Source of the DNA: Felis catus
Taxonomy: Eukaryota
Direction: 5' to 3'
Length of the DNA stretch: 64,000 nt
Assembly (NCBI RefSeq): GCF_018350175.1
Contig: NC_058368.1
Coordinates: 19,780,001 to 19,844,000, forward strand
The first letter of the stretch is position 1, and each line of letters starts with the position of its first letter. The notes below the pieces were generated by a model. That model ran no database searches and had not been told where the DNA came from. It worked only from the letters and a program-made list of their open reading frames with translations. The position numbers and the translations under genes were made by a program. This document shows, piece after piece, positions 14,745-26,616 of this stretch.

Positions 14745-14986
14745 CTGGCTCACCCGGGGCTTGTGTTTCACCCAAAGCAGGGCTCGTGCTCAACCAAGGT
14801 GGGGCTCCTGTTCCCCCACTATGGGGCTCATGCTCACCCGATGAGGGGCTCAAGCTCACCTGAAGCGGGATTCGAGCTCACCCAAAGTGGGGTTCGAGCT
14901 CACCCAAAGCGGGGCTCAAACTCATGAACCATGAGATCATGACCTGATCCGGAGTCATGCCTAACGACTGAGCTACCCAGGCACCC
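14636..14986 (-). mobile_element. Can-SINE with internal 22-bp tandem array
   Basis: SINE head, CT-repeat and tail are present. Degenerate target-site duplication (TSD): tccttatggtatcattta (14618-14635) / tccttacggatccttta (14987-15003). Confidence 0.9.
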
Positions 14987-15720
14987 TCCTTACGGATCCT
15001 TTAAACACGACTTCCTCGGCAGTCTCCCCTTAGCTCTCTGGATAGGGGGGTCCCTCTTGTTATTTACTCCCAATGCAAGTGCTATGAGTGGCACTGGGGG
15101 CTCACAGTACTTGCGGCACTCATAACATCCTGATGGACTACCTGAATTTATCGCTTTAACGACTGGATTCCATGACTAGAAGTTGAATAAGCAAGCATTA
15201 TTTGTCTGATTCACCCCTATACCCCAGCCCTCATCATGCAGAGAGCTAATAATCTGGCTGACTCGATGAAAATCCGTGTCTGCTGGATGTGGAAGTCTTC
15301 ACTGTAAACGAAAATCAAGTTTTCAACTTAACGATCTGAACCTGCATGTTGGCACTGAACCATGCCTCTCCACGTTTTCATTATTTTGGTTATAGTTATA
15401 CTGTTACTTTCAATAATTCCCCTAACAGTTAACAAATTTATTTAATTTATTCAATGTATTTAATTTTTTGTTAAGTAGTATGCTTTGGCAATTTATGTTT
15501 GGCCCCTCCTATTTCCAATATGTTCATACTAACCAAAATAATTCTTAGAAGGAAAAGAAAAAAAAACGAATTTATTGATACTATGAATTTCCAGTGGTTA
15601 AAATCTCATTTTTCCCCTCTGTGTTCAAGTCAGTGTATGACTTTTTGGTAGAAACACATTCTAATTTCTGCATAAATAGCAAAGATCTATGTTACTTGGC
15701 ATTTACTTCCAGAAATAAAA

Positions 15721-15735
15721 CCAGCAGAGGGAGCA
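15721..15735 (+). promoter_or_regulatory. Candidate CTCF site
   Basis: CCAGCAGAGGGAGCA closely matches the CTCF core CCASYAGRKGGCRS, in sequence with no repeat I recognise. Motif evidence only. Confidence 0.35.
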
Positions 15736-17579
15736 AAGGAACATAAAACTAGTTTCCTAGGTCCCCGCGGATTAGTAAATGCTGTGCTGGCCTCCGGGTA
15801 TGACTATTAGGCCAATTCCATCACTACCCCACATTTTTATATGACTTTCTGTACTATAATACAGAGTGATGGGTGAATGGCTATAACTCTGTATTACAGA
15901 CCAAAGACGGTCTGCTTCTGAGTTTGGATCTGGACTGATAAGACCCCTGAGACCATTCTTCAATGTATCTGGGTTAATCCTAAAGTCTTTGTTTTGGGGG
16001 TGAGGGAATGAGGAGATTAACTAATCCATATAAACCCCTTTTTCCAGAGTTGTGTCTGGCTGAGTTTGGGACTTCCCAGGGCCCAGAACGGGCTTACTGC
16101 ATAGGAAGAGCTCGACAATACGCTTGCATCATCATGGAATCTCTTAGACATCCCTGCTCTGGCTACAAATGAATGAGATGTGCTGTAGCCGGAGCGGACT
16201 GACGACTGTCTAGGGATAATAACAATACGTTGAATATGTGACCTGCAACATTTGCCTTCATGTTAGTTAGTAACTTTCCTGGGCCACGTCCAGTCCTCAA
16301 AGATATTTCATGGTAAAGTCATATGAGAATGCTCTAAACTCTTTGAGAAAGATAAGGCATAATGCCAAGGTAACATTCTGTACTAGAACTAACCCGGAAG
16401 ACAGGAAACCCACGGGCCACATCCGGCTCCCCACACACCAGTAAGCAGCAGCTACTTACCCCTTTTCTGGCCTGGAGGCAGCCACGGAGAACTCAGAGCA
16501 CAGTTATCAGCCGTACAGTGAAGGGCTGAGTACCAAAGAGCCAGGCTGCAAGCCACCTCGGCCTGAACCAGGTCTGGGAACTACGCAGTGTGGTCACCAG
16601 GCCCGCTGAGCTCACCACCTGAACTTCACCTTCGGCCCACCCACTCTTGGCTTTCCCATCACTCCTGCCACATTCTGAGGGACAGTTTCCTACCATTCTG
16701 CTGCCAGAACAATCTTTTAACTTCTGACCAGGCTCACGTCCTTGCTTAAAACTCTCATGGTTTCTCACTGCCGTCAGGCTAGTGCCTCGGTGATCCGAAC
16801 GGACGCTCGCTTCCTTTCTGGCTGCCTGCCTCCTGCTAGTTGGTGTGCCCACCAACGGCAGTTACTAGAGTTCCCAAGACAGCACGCTCTCGCAAATCTC
16901 CATGCCTTGGACTTCGCTGGTTTTCTCTGCCTAGAGTGTCCTTCTCACTTCTTTTTCATGAACTCAACGCTTACTCCTTCCCCAAGATCTTAGGTCAGGC
17001 AACACCTCCCCCGGGAAGACCTTCCTGACAGACTCCCACTCCTGTCCGAGTGACGTGGCCACTCTGTGTTCTTTGAAGTGCCCAGTGCCCGCCTCCCCCT
17101 GACCCCGCCACCAAGCGCTGTGACCACTGTTTAGCGCCCACGTCCCTCACTGTGTAAAAAACGTGAGGAGAGGACTGTACCTTTTATGTCTATGACGGGG
17201 GTAGTGGCTGAGATCGACCAGGGAGAGCGCGCAGTGTAAAGAGACCAGGGTCCGGGGCAGAACTCACAAAAAAGATCACTAAGGAGAGGAGAAAGACAAG
17301 CCAGAGAAGCAGAGGAAAACCGGGTGCTAACGCGTCACAGGAGCCCAAGGAGGGCGGCCACAGGCAAGAAGGGCCACAATGTAAAGCGCTGCCGACAGGT
17401 TCAGGGTGCCATGGTCCAAAACACGTCCCCTGGATTCAGCAGCCAGCAGGTCACCGGCCACCTTGGGGACAGGAGCGTCAGAGGAGCGAGAGATGGAGCC
17501 AAACTGCAGGTGGATGGAAGGGGAAGGAGAGGTGAAGGACTGGAAGCGGCTGGAAGACGATATTCTTTGAAGACACCCC

Positions 17580-17910
17580 GCCGTCCGCTACAACAGAAAG
17601 ACATCACGCCGAGTGAAAGAAGCCGGTCACCAAACAACGCCTGGTGTACGAGTCCCCTCTGCGAGGGACCCAGAGCAGGCACACTCAGAGACAGAGAGCG
17701 GGACGGTGGCTGCCAGGGGCTGGGGGAGGGGCAATGACGGGTGCGCGGTCAGTGGGGTCAGAGTTTCAGTTTTACGAGACAGGGCATGTTGTGTGGACGG
17801 ATGGTGGTGATATGAATGTCCTCAACGTCACTGTGCTGTATTCTTAAGAGTGATTAAAATGGTGAATTTTAGATGAGGTACAGTTCACCGTAATTTAGAA
17901 AAAGGAAAAA
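17580..17910 (+). mobile_element. L1MB-like 3' end, unusually GC/CpG-rich
   Basis: gagtgaaagaagccggtca...ggtggctgccaggggctggggg...cagagtttcagtttt...ttaaaatggtgaatttt follows the L1MB 3' end layout. Confidence 0.75.
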
Positions 17911-19748
17911 GAAGCGCTGCTGTTAAGAGAGTAGGACGGACGTTGCTACAACAGGATACGGGGTCGAGAGGGTTTTGTTTGTCCAACAGAAAGGCAAGAC
18001 ACTTGAGCATGTTAATAAATTGAGAAGGGTGAGCTGGTCAAAAGGGAGACACGGGGAACAGTTTTTGATGTGGAGACCCCGAGAGCAAGAGATGAGGAGG
18101 AGGCAGAAGAAGTTTGTTGGAGAGGAACACAGGGTGGGCAAGAAAACAGTTTTAAAGCTTCTATTGGCTAACCTCTATTTTTCTTTGAAGGTGGAGTCTG
18201 GGGAGGGAGAGGGGACTCGGGTGGGGTGGGGAGTGGTGAAGGTCTGGAGGAGTGGAGGGGAGTCCTGAGGACCTGCAAGGGACCGTGTGCAAGGACTGAG
18301 GGGACTCTGGCAGCTGGACTGGAATGCTGAATGTGCAGTGGGGAAGAAGGCCCCGGGCTCAGAGCGGGACCTTGCAGCAGCCCCAGGGGCTGAGTGCACA
18401 GGAGGGCTGGAGAGGGTGTGAATGGCAGACGTGTTCTTCAGGGAAGAAAGCGGGCGCCTGACCAGAGGACGCTGGGCGCCTAGTGGCTGACACCCCTCTG
18501 GAAAGGGAGAGAAGATGGGGCGCAGACACTGGCCAACAAGGACAAGAGCGACTGGCCAGCAGGGACCGACTGGCCACGAGGGCAAGAGTAAGGGGAGCTG
18601 GAGGAAGGGTTCAGAGAAGCGAAAGATCAGGAGACTGAAGTCAGCAGTGGCACATAGCAGTTTCAGGTTCCTGATGTGGGACAGTTCTGGGTCCCTACCA
18701 GGCCAGGCTTAGCCAGGGTGGAGGTGGCTAAAAAGAGAAATACAATTAGGGAAGACCTGGGTCCTATCCACAGCAGATGCTTCTATGTGTTCTTCTTCCC
18801 AGAAAACATAGATAATTATCTTTTATGACTCTTTTCCCCTGGATTCAATTTCCTCTTTACTGCATTCTTTTTTTTCCCCTTGAGGAAATTCCTTATGATC
18901 TAGGTACTATCCCATTTTACATCTTCATTCACCTACTTCTGTTCTTATATGCCATCTGAACTCAATAAGAACCCTGTTCTGTACTAAATCATGGGTTGGT
19001 AATCTGTGGGAGACATAAAAGCCCATTAAGAGCCACGAAAACAGGCAGTGACTCATTTCCCAGGGTCAACATCGCAGATTAAAAATACCAGTAAAAACTA
19101 ATCGTCATCATCTATTCAAGTCTTTCAAAGGCTAAGCATGGATATTTTATATTACCTGACTTAAAAGATCCTGAACAGATCCTGAGCCCTTCCCCAACAA
19201 AGAAATCCGAAATAATAAAGGGAGTCTTGGGTTTTACACTGAGAAGAGCCCAGAAGGAAGTTAAAACCGAACCCGTGCCTTTTTATGCAGCCTAGCTAGC
19301 CCCAATGACCATATTTTTTATTTTACTGGACTTAGAAGCGGGCATGTCTGTCTTGCACGCCATCTTCTCGCTCCAAGAAGGGCAAGGACAGACTGAGGCA
19401 GCTGTCTTTTTGGCCTTCCTGAGGTTTATGCAGTTGCCACATGGTCTCAAAACAATGTCTCATCAGCATATGCCAACACTGGCTTTCTCCAGGGCAATGT
19501 GACATAGAACCAACTCACCAACACTCTGGAAATAGACTTGTTCCTCCTTTGTTTGCACTGGTGTAGAAAATTTTGGACATAACATCTTACTGAACCATTG
19601 TGGAATCAGTTCAACGTATCCCTTGTATCTGTGTGCATGCTATACTTTGTCACTTTGACAACACAGCATCTGAAGGCCAGAACACGCAGCAGGTGATAAA
19701 TAGGTCACTGTGAGAGCAGGCACATGGAGATTTTGCTTTCAATCCCAC

Positions 19749-19861
19749 CTGTATGTCCTCTGAACGTTGTGACCAAGGTGCAGTTGTCTTGCTCCAGTTT
19801 GAGGATGGTTACTTGTCCCGACTGGTCACCAATAAACACATGCCGGGTTTCAACGTCAAAT
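19749..19861 (-). CDS. WDFY2: WDFY2 internal coding exon, 113 bp (probably exon 6)
   Basis: catgatag|ATTTGACGTT...GGACATACAG|gtggga encodes FDVETRHVFIGDQSGQVTILKLEQDNCTLVTTFRGHT. Frame is continuous with both neighbouring exons. Confidence 0.96.
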
Positions 19862-19929
19862 CTATCATGTAAGCATTAAGGATCATTTCTCAAAATTGAA
19901 TGGAGGGATTTACAAAAATAAATAAATAA

Positions 19930-20780
19930 CCAAACAAATCAAGAAACGTGCAAATCCCATATGAACAAAGCTTGGACATAACGCTGAAAGATACAAAAGC
20001 AGGCATAACAGAGTGAAAGACACAATATTATTGGACAGCAAGACTTAACACGATAAACATGTCATTTCTCACAATATGAATTTGCAAACTTAATATAATC
20101 TCTATAGAAATATCAACATAAGCTTTTTTCCCTAGAACTAGGGAAGTTTAAGTTCATATAAAAAATAAATAAACAAGAAATGCCAGGAATATTCTAAAAA
20201 TAAAAGCAATACGGTATTTGATAGGGGAGATTAGCCCTACCACATATTAGAACATGTTACACAGTCTTTTTAAGTGCAAGTGTGGTATTGGTGCATAAAT
20301 AGACAACCAGACCCATGGAACAAAATGGCAAGTCTAGAAATAGACCCCAAAGTATACAGAAATGTAGTACATGTCTGATAAGGGTGGCTCTTCAAGGAAT
20401 AAGGAAAAGATGGATTAAAAAAAACAAAAGCGTTGACATAAACTGGATAGTCATTTGGAAAACAAAACAGGATCCGTAGTTCACATTCCATATCAGGATA
20501 AACTACAAATGGATGAAGGATCTAAATGTAAAAAATGAAAAATGTAAGTTCGAGATGAGAGAGTTCCTTTCTAACCTTGGAGTGGGAAAAGCTACTACTC
20601 AAAAACACAAACAACAAAACAAACACCATCAGCAAAGCCAAAAGACAAGCTGGAAAAGATATTTGCAACTTATGTCACAAAAGGCCCAAATCTCTAACAT
20701 AAAAAGAACAAACCACAAACCTAATAGGAAAGCGGGCAAAATATATGAACACATAGTTCCAGAAGACATGAAAATGAAAA
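19930..20780 (+). mobile_element. Ancient L1 ORF2 3' fragment
   Basis: Motifs gtgtggtattggtgcataaatagacaaccagacccatggaac, ctagaaatagaccc and aaatggatgaaggatctaaatgtaaaa. Confidence 0.7.
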
Positions 20781-20785
20781 CGGGG

Positions 20786-21057
20786 CTGTGCAAGAGAGGC
20801 CTGACTGTCAGCCTCTGAAAGGCTGCTCACAAGGCTGGCAAGGTATCTGGCAACTGGTTTTCAGGGGGGTCCCCCCATTAACAGACAAGAGTGGTTCACT
20901 GTGCCGGAACCGTGATGATACGGTTTTTGCCAAATACCTGCTTTCCTTTTCAGTCTGTAATTTTGGTACATGTCAGAAAGAGGCTGCCTACGTGACCAGT
21001 CTCTAGTAAAAACCTAAGGCGCTGAGTCTCTAGTGAGCTTCCTGGGTTGATAAAACC
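20786..21057 (+). mobile_element. MER21-like ERVL LTR fragment inserted in L1
   Basis: gaggctgcctacgtgaccagtctctagtaaaaacctaaggcgctgagtctctagtgagcttcctgg resembles the MER21 poly(A)-signal region. Confidence 0.6.
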
Positions 21058-21306
21058 ACTCAACCCTCCTTCTAGAGATCTATCCCAGAGATACACTCGG
21101 GCCAAAGTACAAAATGCATGCCTGAGGTTATTCACTCCACGTTATTTTAACAGCTAAAGTTTGAAAACAACAAAAAATTCCACCAAAAGGGGATTTACTG
21201 AACTAACTATGATATAAGCAAGCGATAGGTCCTATCCAGCTAGGGGAAAAAAAGATCTCCATGCCATAAGCAAACAGACATGGAGGAATTTCTGGGATAC
21301 ATTATT

Positions 21307-21529
21307 TTTTTTTTTAATTTTTTTTTCAACGTTTATTTATTTTTAGGACAGAGAGAGACAGAGCATGAACGGGGGAGGGGCAGAGAGAGAGGGAGACACA
21401 GAATCGGAAACAGGCTCCAGGCTCTGAGCCATCAGCCCAGAGCTCGACGCAGGGCTCGAACTCCCAGACCGCGAGATCGTGACCTGGCTGAAGTCGGACG
21501 CTTAACCGACTGCGCCACCCAGGCGCCCC
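21307..21529 (-). mobile_element. Young felid Can-SINE with perfect 16-bp TSD
   Basis: TSD tctgggatacattatt at 21291-21306 and 21530-21545. CpG-rich head GGGGCGCCTGGGTGGCGCAGTCGGTTAAGCGTCCG. Confidence 0.96.
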
Positions 21530-22693
21530 TCTGGGATACATTATTAAGTGGGGGAAGAAAAGCCACGGCATGTAAGAGTTTATAAGCTACACTATCTTTG
21601 TGTAAGAAAGGGAGAGAAATAGAAATATATGAGTGTGTCGTGTGTGTGTGTGCGTGCGCATGCTCATTTTACAAAAGGAAGCTCTGGAAGGACAAATCAA
21701 GATCTGACACACATGGCTGCCTATGGAGGAGGGAGGAACAAGGTGAGGAGACAGGGCTGGTGGTGAGTCTTCTCTCATCATAGTTTGCATTCTGGAATCA
21801 AGTCATTATTTCACATATTAAAAATATGCATAAGATTAAAAGAAAAAAATCCCCCATATTGATGACAAAGCATAAATGAAGGAACCTAACTATCAAGTTG
21901 GTGACATAACCACAGTTAACAGAATTATTTCAAGTGACTTTAAAACACAGCATTTCAACCGTACATCCTTGGGGGGAATGTACTCCAAAGACAAAGAGAA
22001 CTGCAAAGAAGTCTAAAATCTCACTCAGTTCTCTTGTAACTATAATACTTCTATAATTAGTATTTTGAAACAGCTTAAAAATATACCATTGGATAAAGCA
22101 AAAACAAGTTCATGTTTTAGGAGCGAAAATTTTCAGTCCAAGATAAAAGAATCAAGTACAAAAGTGAGGTAAAAACCTTATAATGCTACATTTGGATTAG
22201 AACCGTTACATGAACTGATGATTCACTTTCTTTTCAAGAATACACACACCCATATTTCCTAGTTATCTCTGAGTCCTATTCCTCACTAAAAGAAATGGCT
22301 GATTCAGGACTGGGACAAGAAGGTACAAGAAGAGCTTAAGACATGCTGTGCCAAAAAAGGAAGCCACCAAAGGCAAGTGGAGCCGTATCAAATGACGCTG
22401 GAGCCAATATGATGGGGCTCTTACTGGCCAAAGACAGATTAACATTAGCATCGAAGAAGGCAAGTTATTGAAATTGACTGAATATATTATTTTTACAAAC
22501 CTTAAGAGTTTATAATAATGCTCAAAGAGAAAAAAAAAGACACCTATTGGAGGTAACCTGGGCACTGACTCTCTCCTCTGAAAATGAGCAATTAAAGAGA
22601 AACAATGACGCATTTGTTGCTTTTTCCATATTAATTGTATCTCAGGGTAAGCAACTAGCCCTAGCTAATGAGGCAAAGTTCTACTTTACTTTT

Positions 22694-23106
22694 CTTTTTT
22701 AATGTATATACACTTATTTGGGGGGAGGGGGGGAGAGCTCAAGCATACGTGGGAGGGAGGGGCAGACAGAGAGGAGAGAGAGAATACCAAGCAGATGCGG
22801 GGCTCGATCTCATGAACCGGGGATACCACGACCTGAGCCAAAATCACGAGTCAGGCGCTTGGGGCGCCTGGGTGGCTCAGTTGGTTAAGCATCCAACTAT
22901 CGATTTCGGCTGAGGTCATGATCTCACGATTCGGTTCGTGAGTTCGAGCCCTGCATCGGGCTCTGCACTAACAGTGCAGAGCCTGCTTGAGATTCTCTCT
23001 TTTCCTCTGTCTATGCCCCTCCCCTGCTCTCACTCTCTCTCAAAATAAATAAATTAATTTTTTTTAAAAAGTCAGACACTTAACCGACTGAGCCACTCAG
23101 ACGCCC
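22694..23106 (-). mobile_element. Older Can-SINE split by a nested SINE
   Basis: Tail and body at 22694-22860. The head resumes at about 23070-23106 (cttaaccgactgagccactcagacgccc). Confidence 0.88.
22861..23069 (+). mobile_element. Can-SINE nested in opposite orientation
   Basis: ggggcgcctgggtggctcagttggttaag...caaaataaataaa, flanked by agtcaggcgctt / agtcagacactt. Confidence 0.9.
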
Positions 23107-24749
23107 TGAAAAGTTGTACTTTATAGAAGAATTCCAACAAATACACGTGGAAAAAATTATAGGATTACAAAAATCGCCACTTTGCAGCCCTAACGAAAGG
23201 TCTGGTCCAGGCGAAGATCAGCAACTAAAACCACTGAATGAAAGGCTGGTGCGTGCTGCAGGGACCTGGCGGTCACCACCTGAATCACTGATCAACTCAG
23301 CATCACTGGAAGGGTGACAACCCTGTGCTATGGGCTTCCTGCTGTGAAGCAACACGAACCAGACAGCACAAGGACCAAGCGCTCTTAGCAGGAGCTGAAT
23401 CTGAACGCAGTCAAGATTTTAGAGGCGGGTCTCAGTTTACAGAAAAATATGGGAGATGCACAGGTAGGAGAACAAGGGAAATGACATCACGAGGCACCAG
23501 AGGCCACTTTAGAATGCGGGGCTGTCTACATGAACACAGGCTCCGTACTCCAACAAGTCACAGTGGCATCAAAAAAAAAAAGTGAAGGGAGGAGATCGCT
23601 GCCCTAGATTGAGAGATTTAGGATATGAAAACCACAGCCAACATGTGAACTTTGTCTGGACCCGATTTTAAACTAATCCTCTGCAAAAAGCCATTTATGA
23701 AACAGTAAGTGAAATGTGAAAATGGATTATTCTACAACGTCAAGTAGTAGTTATAAATTTTTAGGAGTAGTAACAGCATTGTGATTATGGAAAAATTCCA
23801 CATTTTTAAAGCGGGGTACAATGAAGTATCTAAGGATGAAATGACATACGGTCTGCAATTTGTTTTAAAACACTCCAGCAAAAAGGGAGAGAAACCCAAA
23901 ATGATCGAAGAATCAACACCGGGTCTGATGAATACGTGAGTTTCCATGATATTCTCTCCTCCCAGTTGGTACACGTTTTGAAAATTTTCATAATAAAACG
24001 TTTGTTTTAAAAGTGAAGAACAAGGCATCACAAATTCCCTCAGGCTCAAGAACAACAGAGAAATGTTATGCTCTCCAAACAAGCGGTCAGATACATGTAA
24101 AACAATACTAAGGTATATACGGAATAAGATCACCTTACATTTACCTTAATTATAAGAACACAGATGAAAAAACAATCTTTATGATGGCACGTAAATAATA
24201 GGATGCTTTGTAAAGAAATTCAACAAAAGCCATTTGAAAGAGGGTCGAAATAGATTATAGTACAACCTGAAAGCCAGAGTGATTGGCATTACGTATGATA
24301 TGGGGATATACAAAAATCAAGATAATCTTAACAGCTTTCCAGCACTCTTGCCCTGAACAGATCTAAGAGACTACTTGGTGAAAAGACCTTGTACTGTACA
24401 GGGAGACATCTTGGAAATATCTCCAACATGCATAAAATCTTAAAATGAAAAGTACCTGAATTATTTCTGTGGAAGTGTGATAAATGTGATCAAACGTGGT
24501 CAAATGACAAGACTGAAAGGCAAGGCCAGATAAAGTATTCACAAATTTAAATACCAGCAAGGGAAGGGTGGAAGGAAAACAGTTCTATTTCCTAACATCA
24601 ACCTGCCATGTGACCTTTGGGAAATACCTCCATTCCACTGTTATTTAGTAGTGCAGACGGCTAGCCGAGTTCTAACACCCAAGTTCTACTCCTGGTTCTT
24701 CCAGGTAACAGTTACGTGACCTGGAGAATGTCCCTTAGCCTTTCTTCCT

Positions 24750-24977
24750 TTTTTTTTTTTTTTTAAATTTTTAAAAAATGTTTATTTATTTTTGAGAGAA
24801 AGAGAGAACACAAGCTGGGGGAGGGGCAGAGAGCTAGAGAGAGTGAGGATCTGAAACAATCTCCATACACCGTCAGTGCAGAGACTGACGTGGGGCTCGA
24901 ACTCACAAACCATGAGATCGTGACCTGAGCCGAAGTTGAAGTCAGACGCGTAACCAACTGAGCCACCCAGGCACCCC
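24750..24977 (-). mobile_element. Can-SINE inserted in MIR-like sequence
   Basis: Complete head, body and tail. Flanks gtgacctggaga...ctgagccttggtttc are MIR-like. Confidence 0.9.
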
Positions 24978-26348
24978 TAGAGAAAGTCCTTAACCTTTCT
25001 GAGCCTTGGTTTCTACACTGTGAAAATTGAGAATTCAGTCTTTTTGATTTTACTTCTAATTATTGTTTTGAGAGTGAGCAAAGTAACGTTATATAGAAGC
25101 ACTATAAAACTCTCAGGGACTACAACTGTAAGATATTTTCTTCTTTTTCCTCTCCTTTCCTCTCTCCTCTCTTCCTTTTGATTCTTGTTAGTATTATACC
25201 TCACTTAATATTTGAAGCTTCAGATCTCTAGCCAAAGAAACCAAAGATTGGAGGTTATTCAGAAACTGATCATTCAATTTTTGAGCCATCAGTCTCTTTG
25301 TCTTCCTTTATTTCTCAATTTGAATTTTGGTTATTTTCACTGCACGATTACATCTCCCCTATGAGGCCTGAAAGAAGAGAGAAAAGGCTGAATTCAACCT
25401 GACTTCTATCACTTGCTGACTTGGATAAGTGACTTTTTGAGGTGAAAATTAGGAGACAGGTTACTTTGGGGAAGTTTCTTATATATGCCACCGGGGTCCA
25501 CTAGGCAGAGAAATCAGGGTACTGATACTATTCCGAACATTCTATGGTGTTTCAGCAGATCTCCTTCCTTCCCTTCAGAAACTGTAAGTATGGAAGGTGG
25601 AAGAAAGAAGAGGGAAGAGGTGGGGTGGAGGGTTCCCATGAAAAAAATGTGTTTAAAAACTGGATTTTAATGTGAACTCCAACACTGTATGAGCATGTTA
25701 ACACTGTTAACAATCTGTACACAAGGCAGCTCCTAGAAAAAACCCTCCGGCCTTGGGAAAGTCACAAGTTTCCTATAGGAGACCCTTTGGCAAAAGCAGT
25801 GCTGTTATGCCATCAGTGAGCAGCACTGGAAAAATCTCAGGGATGTATGTGTTCCCAGGAACAAGGGCGGGCACCGTGGCTCCAAAATTGGAGCTAGCGA
25901 GGCAGAGCTGTGGAGGTGAGGGAATCTTCTGGAAGAACCTGTCTGTCTGTAGTACTGCATTTCCCCTCTACCTGCAAGATTGGACAAGATGGTCATTTAC
26001 CTCGGGAAGTGAACCCAGAGGCTTTTACACACATACAAAGTCTTCTGATATCAAATCATATGTGTTTTTGTTTTGTTTTGTTTTGTTTTTTGCTTAGTAA
26101 GCCACATGGTGTGGCTAAAGGAAACAGCTGAAAAATGAGGATGGCTTCTGGAGACGCCTGAAGAGTCCAAGACTGCCACAGTCAGGAGACTTTTAATTCT
26201 GGGCATTTGTGTCTTGTTTTTCAATTCCAAATAGTTTAAAAAATCAACTTCCTAAGGGCAAGATCTGTACTTTTTCTATATTTTTTGGCTTGGTTAAGTG
26301 ATATAGAAGATGTATCTCTAGGCTGGGCTAGTGAGATAGAAGCCAGCA

Positions 26349-26399
26349 TTTTTTTTTTAAAGAGATTTCTTTTTAATGTTTATTTTATTTTTGAGAGTC

Positions 26400-26454
<55 letters not shown>

Positions 26455-26616
26455 GTGGGGGAGAGGCAGAGAGAGAGGGAGACACAGAATCCAAAGCAGG
26501 CTCCAGGCTCTGAGCTGTCAGCACAGAGCCCAGTGTGGGGCTCGAACCCATGAACCATGAGATCATGACCTGAGCTGAAGTCGGACGCTTAACCGACTGA
26601 GCCACCCAGGTGTCCC
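26349..26616 (-). mobile_element. Can-SINE with expanded (CT)n
   Basis: Complete element with a long (GA)n at about 26400-26450. Confidence 0.92.

Larger units (their letters stand above)
21550..24010 (+). mobile_element. Ancient L1 3'UTR fragments (L1ME/L1MC-like), interrupted by SINEs
   Basis: Degenerate L1 3' motifs ending tttgaaaattttcataataaaa. Confidence 0.5.

Noticed and set aside
14749..14920. CRISPR-like array
   Set aside because: The units are contiguous with no unique spacers, lie inside a mammalian SINE, and have no cas genes nearby.
21307..21529. tRNA genes suggested by A-box/B-box motifs
   Set aside because: All such motifs are heads of tRNA-derived Can-SINEs with CT-repeat, A-tail and TSDs.
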